A DNA stretch of 64,000 nt. Origin: Rubrivivax sp. GTDB taxonomy: Bacteria; Pseudomonadota; Gammaproteobacteria; Burkholderiales; Burkholderiaceae_C. The translations under genes were made by a program, and so were the position numbers. Below the pieces are notes generated by a model, which made no database searches, had not been told where the DNA came from, and saw only the letters and a list, made by a program, of their open reading frames with translations. Numbering within the stretch: the first letter of the stretch is position 1; each line of letters opens with the position of its first letter. The stretch covers positions 1,744,494-1,808,493 of the forward strand of contig OZ252249.1 in NCBI GenBank assembly GCA_965249635.1, in the 5' to 3' direction. This document shows, in pieces, positions 41,116-54,325 of the stretch.

Positions 41116-41724
41116 ATGAGCGCACTGGAAACAACGGGCCTGGGCATGGTGCCCATCGTTATCGAGCAGTCGGGTCGCGGCGAACGCGCTTACGACATCT
41201 ACAGCCGGCTGCTGCGCGAGCGCATCATTTTCTTGGTCGGGCCCGTGACAGACCAAAGCGCAAATCTGGTTTGCGCGCAGATGTTGTTTCTGGAAAGCGA
41301 AAACCCGGACAAAGACATCTTTTTGTACATCAACTCACCGGGCGGCAGCGTCAGCGCCGGCTTGTCGGTCTACGACACGATGAACTTCATCAAGCCCGAG
41401 GTTTCCACTCTGTGCATGGGCATGGCCGCCAGCATGGGCTCGTTCCTCCTGATGGCTGGTGCCAAGGGCAAGCGTTTGGCGCTACCCAACAGCAAGATCA
41501 TGATCCACCAGCCTTCGGGCGGTGCGCAAGGCCAGGCCACGGACATCGAGATCCATGCACGCGAAATCATCAAGACGCGCGAGCAGCTCAACAAGATCTA
41601 CGCTGAGCGCACCGGCCAGAGCTTGGAGCGCGTGACGGCCGACATGGAACGTGACCTGTTCATGTCGCCAGCCGAAGCCAAAGACTACGGTTTGATCGAC
41701 CAGGTCATCGAAAAGCGGCCCTGA
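41116..41724 (+). CDS. clpP: ATP-dependent Clp protease proteolytic subunit
   Basis: [45 protein letters not shown]. Start ATG 41116 with an AAGGA SD. Confidence 0.95.
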   Translation: MSALETTGLGMVPIVIEQSGRGERAYDIYSRLLRERIIFLVGPVTDQSANLVCAQMLFLESENPDKDIFLYINSPGGSVSAGLSVYDTMNFIKPEVSTLCMGMAASMGSFLLMAGAKGKRLALPNSKIMIHQPSGGAQGQATDIEIHAREIIKTREQLNKIYAERTGQSLERVTADMERDLFMSPAEAKDYGLIDQVIEKRP

Positions 41725-41799
41725 ACGGCTCAGGCGGTGCTGTTTTGTCTTGCACTATGATCGTTTCCGCAATGTCGCCAACAGTGAAACTTCGTCCCG

Positions 41800-43071
41800 A
41801 TGGCCGATAAAAAGGGTTCCTCGTCCAGCGAGAAGGTTCTTTATTGCTCGTTCTGCGGCAAAAGCCAGCACGAGGTGAAGAAGCTCATCGCTGGCCCGTC
41901 CGTCTTTATTTGCGACGAGTGCATCGAGCTGTGCAACGACATCATTCGTGATGAGGTGCCCGCTGAGCCCGCAAAGCTCAAGGCTTCGAAGTCCGACTTA
42001 CCCATTCCCAGCGAAATCAAGCTGAGTTTGGATCAGTACGTCATTGGCCAGGATGTTGCCAAACGCACGCTCTCCGTAGCGGTCTACAACCACTACAAGC
42101 GCTTGAAGCACATGGGCGAAAAGCGCGATGAGGTGGAGCTCAACAAGAGCAACATCTTGCTCATCGGCCCGACAGGCAGCGGCAAGACCCTATTGGCCCA
42201 AACCCTGGCGCGTTTGCTGAATGTGCCTTTTGTTATCGCCGATGCCACGACCTTGACCGAAGCGGGTTATGTCGGCGAAGACGTCGAGAACATCATTCAA
42301 AAGTTGCTGCAAAACTGCAACTACGACGTCGAGCGCGCGCAGCGTGGCATCGTCTATATCGACGAGATCGACAAAATCAGCCGCAAGGCCGACAACCCCA
42401 GTATCACGCGCGACGTGTCGGGTGAGGGCGTTCAACAAGCGCTGCTGAAGCTGGTTGAAGGCACCATGGCCAGTGTTCCGCCGCAAGGTGGGCGCAAGCA
42501 CCCGAACCAAGACTTCCTGCAGATTGACACGACCAACATCCTGTTCATTTGCGGCGGCGCTTTTGACGGCCTTGAAAAGGTCATCCAAAACCGTACGGAA
42601 AAATCCGGCATTGGTTTTGCGGCCACGGTGCATAGCAAAACCGAGCGGCGCGCGGCCGAAATGTTCCGTGAGGTCGAGCCTGAGGACCTCATCAAGTTCG
42701 GCCTCATTCCCGAACTGGTGGGCCGCTTGCCGGTTGTGGCCACGCTGGGCGAGCTGACCGAAGACGCCTTGATCGAAATTCTCACCCAGCCGAAAAACGC
42801 CTTGTTGAAGCAGTACCAGAAGCTATTCAGCATGGACGGCGTTGAGCTGGAAATTCGGCCCTCAGGGCTCGCCGCCATCGCCCGAAAGGCCTTGGCGCGC
42901 AAAACAGGTGCTCGCGGCCTGCGCTCGATTGTCGAGCAAGCGCTGATTGACACCATGTACGACCTGCCCAACCTGGATGGTGTGGCAAAAGTCGTGGTCG
43001 ACGAGCACATCGTCGAAGAAGGGGGCAAACCCCTGCTTGTCTATCGGGAACAAGCCAAGGCAAGCGCCTGA
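41800..43071 (+). CDS. clpX: ATP-dependent Clp protease ATP-binding subunit ClpX
   Basis: Zinc-binding [30 protein letters not shown], Walker [19 protein letters not shown]. Confidence 0.97.
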   Translation: MADKKGSSSSEKVLYCSFCGKSQHEVKKLIAGPSVFICDECIELCNDIIRDEVPAEPAKLKASKSDLPIPSEIKLSLDQYVIGQDVAKRTLSVAVYNHYKRLKHMGEKRDEVELNKSNILLIGPTGSGKTLLAQTLARLLNVPFVIADATTLTEAGYVGEDVENIIQKLLQNCNYDVERAQRGIVYIDEIDKISRKADNPSITRDVSGEGVQQALLKLVEGTMASVPPQGGRKHPNQDFLQIDTTNILFICGGAFDGLEKVIQNRTEKSGIGFAATVHSKTERRAAEMFREVEPEDLIKFGLIPELVGRLPVVATLGELTEDALIEILTQPKNALLKQYQKLFSMDGVELEIRPSGLAAIARKALARKTGARGLRSIVEQALIDTMYDLPNLDGVAKVVVDEHIVEEGGKPLLVYREQAKASA

Positions 43072-43107
43072 TGATGCGGGACGGGATGCGCAGCGTGTGC
43101 GGCATCC

Positions 43108-43135
43108 CTTGCAATTGACGCCGCGAGCCCCAACT
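43108..43135 (+). promoter_or_regulatory. Candidate sigma-32 (RpoH) heat-shock promoter of lon
   Basis: CCCTTGCAA, 13-nt spacer, CCCCAACT, compared with consensus CCCTTGAA-N13-15-CCCCATNT. Ends 24 nt before the lon ATG. Confidence 0.5.
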
Positions 43136-43158
43136 GGGTTTGCGAAAGCGAGGTTCTG

Positions 43159-45597
43159 ATGTCAGGTCATCCCATTCTCCCCGCACAACCCATCACGCTG
43201 CCGCTGCTGCCGCTGCGCGACGTGGTTGTGTTTCCGCACATGGTCATCCCACTTTTTGTGGGGCGTCCTAAAAGCATCAAGGCGCTCGAAGTGGCCATGG
43301 AGGCCGGGCGGCAAATCATGTTGGTGGCCCAAAAGGCTGCTGGCAAGGACGAGCCCAAGCCCGACGACATGTTTGAAGTGGGCTGTATTTCCAGCATCCT
43401 TCAAATGCTCAAGTTGCCCGACGGCACCGTCAAAGTGTTGGTGGAAGGCATTCAGCGCGCCAACACGCGCACCATCACCGACGACGGCGAACACTTCGTG
43501 GGTGAAGTGCTGCCCATTGTTCCGGAAGTTGACGCCTCACCAGAAATTGAGGCGCTGCGCCGCGCGGTGACGCAGCAGTTTGACCAGTACGTCAAACTCA
43601 ACAAAAAGATTCCGCCGGAGATCCTGACGTCCATCGCCGGCATTGATGACCCTGGTCGCCTGGCGGACACCATCGCCGCTCACTTGCCGCTGAAGCTGGA
43701 CGCCAAGCAGTCGGTGCTGGATCTGTTCGCAGTCACCAAGCGGCTTGAAAAGCTGCTGGAACTGCTTGAGCACGAGGTGGACATTCTTCAGGTCGAAAAG
43801 CGCATCCGTGGCCGCGTGAAGCGGCAGATGGAAAAGAGCCAGCGCGAGTACTACCTGAATGAGCAGGTCAAGGCCATCCAGAAAGAACTGGGCGATGGCG
43901 AAGAGGGCGCCGATCTTGAAGAGCTGGACAAAAAAATCCTGGCTGCCAAGATGCCCAAGGACGCGCGCAAGAAAGCCGACAACGAGCTGAAGAAGCTGAA
44001 GTTGATGTCGCCCATGTCGGCCGAGGCCACTGTGGTGCGCAACTACATCGATACGCTGGTGAACTTGCCCTGGAGCAAAAAAACCAAGATCAAGCACGAC
44101 CTGGGTTTTGCTGAAGATGTCCTGAACGAGGATCACTTTGGCCTGGAAAAGGTCAAAGACCGCATCCTTGAGTATCTTGCGGTTCAGCAGCGTGTGGACA
44201 AGGTCAAAGCGCCGATCCTGTGTTTGGTCGGGCCTCCTGGTGTCGGTAAAACCTCATTGGGGCAAAGCGTGGCGCGCGCCACGGGGCGCAAATTCGTTCG
44301 CATGGCGCTGGGCGGCGTGCGCGACGAGGCAGAGATCCGCGGGCACCGCCGTACGTACATCGGCTCGATGCCGGGCAAGGTGCTGCAGTCGCTGTCCAAA
44401 GTTGGCACACGCAATCCGCTGTTCCTGCTGGACGAAATCGACAAGCTGGGCATGGATTTCCGTGGGGATCCCTCAAGCGCCTTGCTTGAGGTGTTGGACC
44501 CCGAGCAGAACCACACTTTCAGCGACCATTACGTCGAGGTTGATTTCGACCTGAGCGACGTGATGTTCATCGCGACATCCAACAGCATGAACATTCCGCC
44601 GGCCTTGTTGGACCGGATGGAAGTCATTCGCTTGGCGGGCTACACCGAGGACGAAAAGCTCAACATTGCGCAGCGTTATCTCCTGCCCAAGCAAGAGAAG
44701 AATAACGGCGTGAAACCTGAAGAGCTGGACGTCACCGAAGGGGCGATCCGCGGGATCATTCGCTACTACACCCGTGAAGCGGGCGTGCGGTCTCTCGAGC
44801 GTGAACTGTCCAAAGTGTGCCGCAAGGTCGTTAAGGGCTTGCAGCTGAAGAAGTACGACGGGCAAGTGGTGGTGACCGAGGACAACCTTAACGACTTCCT
44901 GGGTGTTCGCAAGTTCGACTTCGGCCGCACCGAAAAGAAGAACCAGGTCGGTCAGGTGGTCGGTTTGGCTTGGACTGAAGTGGGTGGTGATCTGCTCACC
45001 ATCGAAGCTGCGGTCATGCCGGGCAAGGGCAACATCATTCGCACCGGCTCGCTGGGCGACGTGATGAAAGAGTCTGTCGAGGCTGCTCGCTCCGTGGTGC
45101 GTTCACGCGCCAACCGTCTGGGCATCAAGAACGACTTGTTCGAGAAGCGCGACATTCACATCCACGTGCCGGACGGCGCAACGCCCAAAGACGGGCCCAG
45201 CGCTGGTGCAGCCATGACCACGGCTTTTGTGTCAGCCTTGACCGGCATTCCGGTTCGTGCCGATGTCGCCATGACAGGCGAAATTACCCTGCGTGGTGAA
45301 GTGACAGCCATTGGCGGCTTGAAAGAAAAGCTGCTGGCAGCGCTGCGCGGCGGTGTGAAGAAGGTCTTGATCCCGGAAGAGAACGTGAAGGACCTTCAGG
45401 ACATTCCAGAGAACGCCAAGAATCAGCTCGAGATCGTTCCGGTGCGCTGGATCGACCAGGTTCTGGAAGAAGCTTTGGAGACCATGCCTAAGCCCATGCC
45501 TGAAGAAGATGAGGCGTCCAAGGACGCCAAGGCGGCACCGGCGGAAACGGCTGTTGCCAAAACACTTTCTTCGACCGGTGATGCGTTGCCCCATTGA
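43159..45597 (+). CDS. lon: Endopeptidase La (Lon protease)
   Basis: 812 aa. N-terminus [23 protein letters not shown], Walker [10 protein letters not shown], proteolytic PKDGPSAG. Confidence 0.97.
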   Translation: MSGHPILPAQPITLPLLPLRDVVVFPHMVIPLFVGRPKSIKALEVAMEAGRQIMLVAQKAAGKDEPKPDDMFEVGCISSILQMLKLPDGTVKVLVEGIQRANTRTITDDGEHFVGEVLPIVPEVDASPEIEALRRAVTQQFDQYVKLNKKIPPEILTSIAGIDDPGRLADTIAAHLPLKLDAKQSVLDLFAVTKRLEKLLELLEHEVDILQVEKRIRGRVKRQMEKSQREYYLNEQVKAIQKELGDGEEGADLEELDKKILAAKMPKDARKKADNELKKLKLMSPMSAEATVVRNYIDTLVNLPWSKKTKIKHDLGFAEDVLNEDHFGLEKVKDRILEYLAVQQRVDKVKAPILCLVGPPGVGKTSLGQSVARATGRKFVRMALGGVRDEAEIRGHRRTYIGSMPGKVLQSLSKVGTRNPLFLLDEIDKLGMDFRGDPSSALLEVLDPEQNHTFSDHYVEVDFDLSDVMFIATSNSMNIPPALLDRMEVIRLAGYTEDEKLNIAQRYLLPKQEKNNGVKPEELDVTEGAIRGIIRYYTREAGVRSLERELSKVCRKVVKGLQLKKYDGQVVVTEDNLNDFLGVRKFDFGRTEKKNQVGQVVGLAWTEVGGDLLTIEAAVMPGKGNIIRTGSLGDVMKESVEAARSVVRSRANRLGIKNDLFEKRDIHIHVPDGATPKDGPSAGAAMTTAFVSALTGIPVRADVAMTGEITLRGEVTAIGGLKEKLLAALRGGVKKVLIPEENVKDLQDIPENAKNQLEIVPVRWIDQVLEEALETMPKPMPEEDEASKDAKAAPAETAVAKTLSSTGDALPH

Positions 45598-45621
45598 AGC
45601 AGCTTGTTTTTTGCATATAAT
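45594..45621 (+). promoter_or_regulatory. Candidate sigma-70 promoter for tRNA-Gly/tRNA-Cys
   Basis: TTGAAG (45594-45599), 16 nt, TATAAT (45616-45621), ending 11 nt before the tRNA-Gly 5' end. Confidence 0.5.
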
Positions 45622-45632
45622 GTGAGGCTCAC

Positions 45633-45708
45633 GCGGGAATAGCTCAGTTGGTAGAGCGCAACCTTGCCAAGGTTGAGGTCGGGAGTTCGAGCCTCCTTTC
45701 CCGCTCCA
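45633..45708 (+). tRNA. tRNA-Gly (anticodon GCC)
   Basis: GCGGGAATAGCTCAGTTGGTAGAGC.. anticodon loop TTGCCAA ..TTCGAGCC..CCCGCTCCA. Near-identical layout to E. coli tRNA-Gly(GCC). Confidence 0.92.
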
Positions 45709-45787
45709 GTGATACTCAAAAGTGAAAGTAAAGGGAAGCGTAAGCTTCCCTTTATTCTTGGCGCGAGATGCTCGGCGCCAAATTGAC

Positions 45788-45861
45788 GGCGCGATAGCAA
45801 AGCGGTTATGCAACGGATTGCAAATCCGTCTAGCCCGGTTCGACTCCGGGTCGCGCCTCCA
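45788..45861 (+). tRNA. tRNA-Cys (anticodon GCA)
   Basis: GGCGCGATAGCAAAGCGGTTATGCAACGGATTGCAAATCCGTCTAGCCCGGTTCGACTCCGGGTCGCGCCTCCA. Cloverleaf and GCA anticodon read by eye. Confidence 0.9.
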
Positions 45862-45877
45862 AAAATTCCGAACTACA

Positions 45878-45911
45878 AAAAAAGCGGGGCCTGTTAAGGC
45901 CCCGCTTTTTT
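45878..45911. terminator. Bidirectional intrinsic terminator (tRNA operon / bamC convergent)
   Basis: AAAAAA-GCGGGGCC-TGTTAA-GGCCCCGC-TTTTTT: a perfect stem flanked by A and T runs. Confidence 0.75.
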
Positions 45912-45928
45912 CTGTCGTCTGATGAAGG

Positions 45929-47098
45929 TCAGCGCAAGTCGTTGGCAACCAGGGCGACGATCTGCTTGGCCACTTCGCCCGTTTCGGGCTGGCCTTGGCT
46001 GTTTTGCACTGTTAGCTGCGACTTGTTTTCGCCTGCAGCTTTGACCTGGACGCGGTATCGAACGGGCGGTGCAGCGTCTTTGCTTGAGAACAAGCGCGCC
46101 AGGAAACCGGGTTCTTCGCTGCCGGGAATGCCCGGTACGTAGCGAACAAAATACAGGCCGGCCGAGCGGTCGCGGTCCACGACGGTGAAGCCTGTGCGAT
46201 CCAGCGCGAGGCCCACGCGACGGAAAGCGCGCTCAAAGCCGTCATTGATGTCCAGTGAGGTGGCGCCAGAGCTCAGGGCAGTCGTAGCAGCGGCTGCCGT
46301 TGTGGCGGGTACAGCCGGTGTTGGGGTCTGAGCCTTTGGCGCGGCGGCTGCAACAGCCGCGAGCGTGGCCGCGCCCTCGCGATTGCCCAGTTTGACCAGC
46401 AGCCGCGACAAGAATTCAGCTTCCAGATGCGGGTCATTAACGCCCGCGCGCCAGACTGTGTTGTCCCTGCTGGTGCCGGTAAATTGTTCGATGGCCCCGC
46501 TGTGCAGGATGTAAATCTCGGTGCCCGCAGACGTGCGCTCAAGCCGCGTGCGAAAGCGGTCGCGGGTACCGGTGTCGTACAGGTTATCGAGTACCCGCCC
46601 CAAGGTGCGCCGAATCATGTCTTGCGGCAGCTTGGCGCGGTTTTCGGCCCACGTGGTTTCCATGAAGCCTGCGGGCGCGTTGTCCACGGCCAAAGCAAAG
46701 CCGTTTTCGCGCCAAAAGCTTTGAAGCACGGGCCAAAGTTGCTCGGGCGTTTGCGCTGCAACCAGCCAACGGTGGTTGCCTTGACGTTCGATGCGCACGC
46801 CATCTGCGGCATTCAAGGCCACTGTCACCGCCGGTGCACCTGCGGTGGCAGCGGCACCGGGCCGCTCAGCCAGCGTGCTGGCGCTGATGGTGCCACTTTG
46901 GGGGCGGTAGCGGGCATCGCGCGCAAGCTGCGTCAGATCGGGTGGCAAGTCGAGCTCGGGCGTTTTGACGGACTCGCTTCGGTAGTCCACTTTCGAGCCG
47001 CTGAACAGCGAAGAGGTGCTGGTGCAAGCCGTCAGGCCAGCCGCGCAGGCCAGGGCGATCGCGCGCAAAGCCACAGGGGCGATTTGGGATTGGGTCAT
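45929..47098 (-). CDS. bamC: Outer-membrane protein assembly factor BamC (lipoprotein)
   Basis: Lipobox LACAAGLTAC at the start MTQSQIAPVAL.. (ATG 47098). Lies immediately downstream of dapA, the conserved dapA-bamC arrangement. The sequence itself is weakly diagnostic. Confidence 0.75.
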   Translation of the reverse strand: MTQSQIAPVALRAIALACAAGLTACTSTSSLFSGSKVDYRSESVKTPELDLPPDLTQLARDARYRPQSGTISASTLAERPGAAATAGAPAVTVALNAADGVRIERQGNHRWLVAAQTPEQLWPVLQSFWRENGFALAVDNAPAGFMETTWAENRAKLPQDMIRRTLGRVLDNLYDTGTRDRFRTRLERTSAGTEIYILHSGAIEQFTGTSRDNTVWRAGVNDPHLEAEFLSRLLVKLGNREGAATLAAVAAAAPKAQTPTPAVPATTAAAATTALSSGATSLDINDGFERAFRRVGLALDRTGFTVVDRDRSAGLYFVRYVPGIPGSEEPGFLARLFSSKDAAPPVRYRVQVKAAGENKSQLTVQNSQGQPETGEVAKQIVALVANDLR

Positions 47099-47112
47099 GG
47101 TCAATTGAAGTT

Positions 47113-47994
47113 TCAGAGCAGGCCGCTGTCGCGCATGGCGGCTTTCACCGCAGCTTGGCCAGCTTCCGTAAGGCCCACGATGGGCAGCCGCACGGTGGCA
47201 CCGCAGTGTCCCATTTGTTGAAGGGCCCACTTGCTTGGTGCCGGGCTGGGCTCGCAGAACAGTTGTTTGTGCAGGCTCAGCAAGCGCAAGTGAATGGCCG
47301 CGGCGCCGCGCGCGTCGCCGGCCATGGCGGCCTCGCAAAGCTGGTGCATCAGCTTGGGTGCGACGTTGGCTGTCACACTGACATTGCCGTGGCCACCCAG
47401 CAGCATCAGCGCCACGGCAGAGCCGTCGTCGCCAGAATAGATCGAAAAGCCCTTGGGCGCGTGCTTGATCAGGTGCGCTGCGCGTTCGATATTGCCCGTA
47501 GCTTCTTTGATGCCAACGATGCCGGGCACCTGGGCCAGGCGAAGTGCGGTTTCAGGCAACATGTCTGCCACCGTGCGGCTCGGCACGTTGTACAGGACCA
47601 CAGGCAAGTCCACCGCTTCGGCGATGGCCTTGAAGTGTTGATAGATGCCTTCCTGAGATGGCTTGTTGTAGTAGGGCACTACCTGCAGCGTGCAATCAGC
47701 CCCCACCTGTTTGGCAAAGCGTGTCAGCTCAATCGCTTCGCGCGTGTTGTTGGCACCCGCACCGGCCATGACGGGCACGCGACCGCGCGCATGCTCGACC
47801 GCCACACGTATGACTTCGCAGTTTTCTTCCATCGACACCGTCGGCGATTCACCCGTGGTGCCAACCACGCCGATGCAGTCGGTGCCTTCGGCAATGTGCC
47901 AGTCAACCAAGTGACGAAGCGCCTGGAAATCGATGCTGCCGTCTGCGTGCATCGGCGTAACGAGTGCGACGATGCTTCCAAGAATGGGCTTCAT
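47113..47994 (-). CDS. dapA: 4-hydroxy-tetrahydrodipicolinate synthase
   Basis: [34 protein letters not shown] (active-site Lys). 293 aa. Confidence 0.95.
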   Translation of the reverse strand: MKPILGSIVALVTPMHADGSIDFQALRHLVDWHIAEGTDCIGVVGTTGESPTVSMEENCEVIRVAVEHARGRVPVMAGAGANNTREAIELTRFAKQVGADCTLQVVPYYNKPSQEGIYQHFKAIAEAVDLPVVLYNVPSRTVADMLPETALRLAQVPGIVGIKEATGNIERAAHLIKHAPKGFSIYSGDDGSAVALMLLGGHGNVSVTANVAPKLMHQLCEAAMAGDARGAAAIHLRLLSLHKQLFCEPSPAPSKWALQQMGHCGATVRLPIVGLTEAGQAAVKAAMRDSGLL

Positions 47995-48071
47995 GGGTCT
48001 GTCCTGTAGAGCCCGGCAGTTTAACGGGCTGAATTCGTGGAGCCGTTGTTCAAGGCTGGTTCAACGCCCGT

Positions 48072-48656
48072 TCAACGCAAGTTCAACGTATAGCGTGCGG
48101 GTTGCGCTGACACGCAGGCGCTTTCCCGCACGGCAGCCAGGCGCTGGATGAAGCGGTCCGGCTGTGGCAGAAAGCCATCCTCGAAGGCTACGACACGCAG
48201 GTCATTGCAGGCTTGAAGCAGTTCACCGGGCCGCAGCAAAAAATCAGGGCGCGACGGTTTGCCCACGGTTTCATTGCCAACTGCGAAGGTCTCGTAAATG
48301 AACACGCCTTTGTCGGCCAAGCTTGACAGCAGCGATGGCAGCAGCGGCCGCCAAAGGTAGTTGGTGACCAGCACAGCGTCGAAAGTCTGGCCGGCAAAAG
48401 GCCACGGCCCGCTTTCGATGTCCGCATTGACGAGCGTGCCCAGGCCTCGCAGCCCTTCCAGCGCCAGGGCGTTTCGGTCCACGCCTGTCACTTCGAAGCC
48501 CTGCGCAGCCAGCCAGCGCAGATGGCGGCCGCTGCCGCAGGCCACATCCAGCACCTGACCTGCAGGCTTGATGAGATGCGCCCAGCGCAGCAGCCAGGGG
48601 CTGGGCGAACCTTCAGCGCCGTGGCACGCCACCTGCGATGCTTTGGAGCTCGGCAT
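48072..48656 (-). CDS. Class I SAM-dependent methyltransferase
   Basis: Motif I VLDVACGSGRHLRWLAAQGFEVTGVDRN. Start placed at Met-6 of the track ORF (ATG 48656), which overlaps the stop of the upstream mini-ORF as TGATG. Confidence 0.75.
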   Translation of the reverse strand: MPSSKASQVACHGAEGSPSPWLLRWAHLIKPAGQVLDVACGSGRHLRWLAAQGFEVTGVDRNALALEGLRGLGTLVNADIESGPWPFAGQTFDAVLVTNYLWRPLLPSLLSSLADKGVFIYETFAVGNETVGKPSRPDFLLRPGELLQACNDLRVVAFEDGFLPQPDRFIQRLAAVRESACVSAQPARYTLNLR

Positions 48657-48819
48657 CAAAAGCAGGCCCAAACGCGATTGGCCAGATCAACGGCCATGTG
48701 CGGGTTCAAGTAGGCCGCGAACACCAGCAGCAGCACCAAGACGACACCGCTCTTGAGTAGCCAACGCACGACAGACTTGTTCACCCGATGGCTCCGCACT
48801 TGCCAGCCATACAAGCCCA

Positions 48820-48820
<1 letters not shown>
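48656..48820 (-). CDS. Small (54 aa) single-pass membrane protein, unannotated-size ORF
   Basis: MGLYGWQVRSHRVNKSVVRWLLKSGVVLVLLLVFAAYLNPHMAVDLANRVWACF. Its ATG overlaps the MFS stop (TGATG) and its TGA overlaps the methyltransferase ATG (TGATG). One clear TM helix. Confidence 0.5.
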
Positions 48821-52265
<3,445 letters not shown>

Positions 52266-52301
52266 TTTCAGCACGTGCCTCTCTGGGGCGGGTCGGTGAG
52301 C

Positions 52302-53483
52302 ATGAGCCCGGTCACGCTGGTGGCGCAAGACGCAGTTGCTGAGTCGCCGAACGCGGTGTCGGCCAGTGCGCGGGGTGCTCAGCCAGCAGACGCTGCCTTG
52401 GCACATGTTTTGTACGCAGGCTACTTTGGCCTGCGCCGCGAGCCCTTCTCCATCGCCCCCGACCCGCGCTTTCTCTTCATGAGCGAGCGCCACCGCGAGG
52501 CGCTGGCGCATTTGCTTTACGGCGTGCGCGGCGGCGGCGGGGTGGTGCTGCTCACGGGCGAAATCGGTGCAGGCAAAACGACGGTGTGCCGCTGCTTCCT
52601 GGAACAAATCCCACGTGACGTGAACGTGGCCTACGTGCTCAACCCGCGCCAGACTGTGCACGAACTGCTGGAGACGGTTTGCGAAGAATTCCACATCAGC
52701 CTGCCGCCGCGCCGTATGCGATCGGGGCTGAAGGATCTGATTGACGCGCTGAACCACTTTTTGCTGCAGACGCATGCCATCGGGCGTAGCAGTGTGCTGA
52801 TCATCGATGAGGCACAAAACCTCAGCGGCGACGTGTTGGAACAGCTTCGCTTGTTGACCAACCTGGAAACGGCTGACCGCAAGTTGCTACAGATTGTGCT
52901 GATTGGGCAGCCCGAATTGGTGGCGATTTTGGAATCACCGCGCCTGGAGCAGCTGAGTCAACGCGTGATTGCGCGCTACCACCTGCGCACTTTGTCAGCG
53001 CCTGAAACGGCAAGCTACGTGAAGCACCGGCTCGTGGTGTCGGGCATTGGCGCGGCGCAGCCTTTCAGCGAGCCCGTTCTGCGGATGGTGCATGACATCT
53101 CGCGCGGGGTGCCCCGGCGCATCAACTTGCTGTGCGACCGGGCATTGCTGGGCGCCTACGCCAAAGGTAAAGCCTCGGTGACGAGCGACATTCTGGAAAA
53201 AGCGGCCGAAGAGGTGTTTGCAAAGCCTGCGCCGAGCCTGCAGTTGCGCCATGCCCATGTGCACAGCCGGCAACTGTGGATCCTGGTGGCCTTGGGTCTG
53301 GTTTTGGGATTGGCCTTGTCGGCCCTGCTGGCTTGGTGGCTGGTGCGCACCGGCGTGGCCACGGTGGCGCCCGCAGCCGCTTCCGCTGGTGCACGTGCGG
53401 CGGGTCAAGTGGTCGCACCCGCCAAGGTGGCCGTTCCCGCCTTGCCTGCGCCTGCTGGTGCGGCTTCCAAGCCGCAGCCCTGA
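52302..53483 (+). CDS. ExeA/GspA-like AAA ATPase
   Basis: YFGLRREPFSIAPDPRFLFMSERHREALAHLLYGV.., Walker A GEIGAGKTT, Walker B VLIIDEAQNL, then one TM helix and a short Ala/Pro tail. Confidence 0.8.
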   Translation: MSPVTLVAQDAVAESPNAVSASARGAQPADAALAHVLYAGYFGLRREPFSIAPDPRFLFMSERHREALAHLLYGVRGGGGVVLLTGEIGAGKTTVCRCFLEQIPRDVNVAYVLNPRQTVHELLETVCEEFHISLPPRRMRSGLKDLIDALNHFLLQTHAIGRSSVLIIDEAQNLSGDVLEQLRLLTNLETADRKLLQIVLIGQPELVAILESPRLEQLSQRVIARYHLRTLSAPETASYVKHRLVVSGIGAAQPFSEPVLRMVHDISRGVPRRINLLCDRALLGAYAKGKASVTSDILEKAAEEVFAKPAPSLQLRHAHVHSRQLWILVALGLVLGLALSALLAWWLVRTGVATVAPAAASAGARAAGQVVAPAKVAVPALPAPAGAASKPQP

Positions 53484-53493
53484 GACCTACTTC

Positions 53494-54306
53494 ATGTCCT
53501 ACATTCTTGACGCCCTTCGCCGCGCCGACAGCGAACGTGACCGCGACCGAAGCGGCACGCCCAGCCTGCATTCGCAAATGCATGACTCTGTGGCGCCTAT
53601 CGACACGCCGGATGAAACCGAGGAGCTGCGCAGCGCGCCGTGGCCCTGGAGCAAATTGTTGTTGGGGCTTGGCGCGGGTCTGCTGTTGGGTGCCACGGCC
53701 TGGTGGTTGATGGGCGGGCGTCCCGACGCAACGGGCAGCGAGCTTCAGGCGGCGGCGCCAGTTGCGCTTGCACCGCAGCCCGAGAATCTGGCGCCCGCGC
53801 CGGTCGCTGCGCCGGTGTCGCCCGTGGCAGGCTCAGCTTCTGGGCCCAGTTCGATTCCCGAACTCGCGCCGATGCCGCGCGTGCTGTCTGAGCCTGAGAG
53901 GAAGCTCGACAAAAAGGCCGAGAAGAAGCCTGAAAGGAGCAAGCCTGAGCGTGCCGAGCGGAAGGCACCTGTCGCAGCCCCCATCGAAGCACGCGACGTG
54001 GGCGCCGCCGAGTCTTCGGAGCGCGCGCCGCCTCCACTGATCGCGCCCAAACGCGCCAACCCAGCGGCTGAAACAAGCCGCGTGAAGCCTCTGGCGGAGT
54101 TGCCAGAAGGCCTGCGCCGCGAGCTGCCGCCTTTGGCCGTCAGCGGATCCATGTACTCGCCCGAACCGGGTTCGCGCATGTTGGTCATTGACGGGCAAGT
54201 GCTGCGCGAAGGCCAGCCCGTTCGGCCAGGTCTAACCGTAGAACGCATTGGCCCCAAAGCGGCCACCCTCAGCCTGCGGGGCGAGCGCTTCGAGCTGAGT
54301 TACTGA
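53494..54306 (+). CDS. gspB: GspB/ExeB-like general secretion pathway protein B
   Basis: Hallmark N-terminus [17 protein letters not shown], a TM helix ([18 protein letters not shown]), a Pro/Ala/Lys-rich linker and a C-terminal ..[33 protein letters not shown] module. Confidence 0.75.
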   Translation: MSYILDALRRADSERDRDRSGTPSLHSQMHDSVAPIDTPDETEELRSAPWPWSKLLLGLGAGLLLGATAWWLMGGRPDATGSELQAAAPVALAPQPENLAPAPVAAPVSPVAGSASGPSSIPELAPMPRVLSEPERKLDKKAEKKPERSKPERAERKAPVAAPIEARDVGAAESSERAPPPLIAPKRANPAAETSRVKPLAELPEGLRRELPPLAVSGSMYSPEPGSRMLVIDGQVLREGQPVRPGLTVERIGPKAATLSLRGERFELSY

Positions 54307-54325
54307 ATCAACTTCTCCCCTCTTC

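Noticed and set aside
45730-45781. Two hairpins between tRNA-Gly and tRNA-Cys: AAAGGGAAGC-GTAA-GCTTCCCTTT followed by ATT, and TTGGCGC-N10-GCGCCAA. They looked like a terminator that would split the two tRNAs into separate units.
   Set aside because: Only 6 nt separate the second hairpin from the tRNA-Cys 5' end, so tRNA-Cys has no room for its own promoter. The structures are more likely processing or partial-termination elements within one transcript.
52275-54306. The ExeA/GspB pair as evidence for a type II secretion system in this window.
   Set aside because: No secretin, pseudopilin, GspE/F/L/M or prepilin peptidase genes are present. Only the two accessory genes can be supported.
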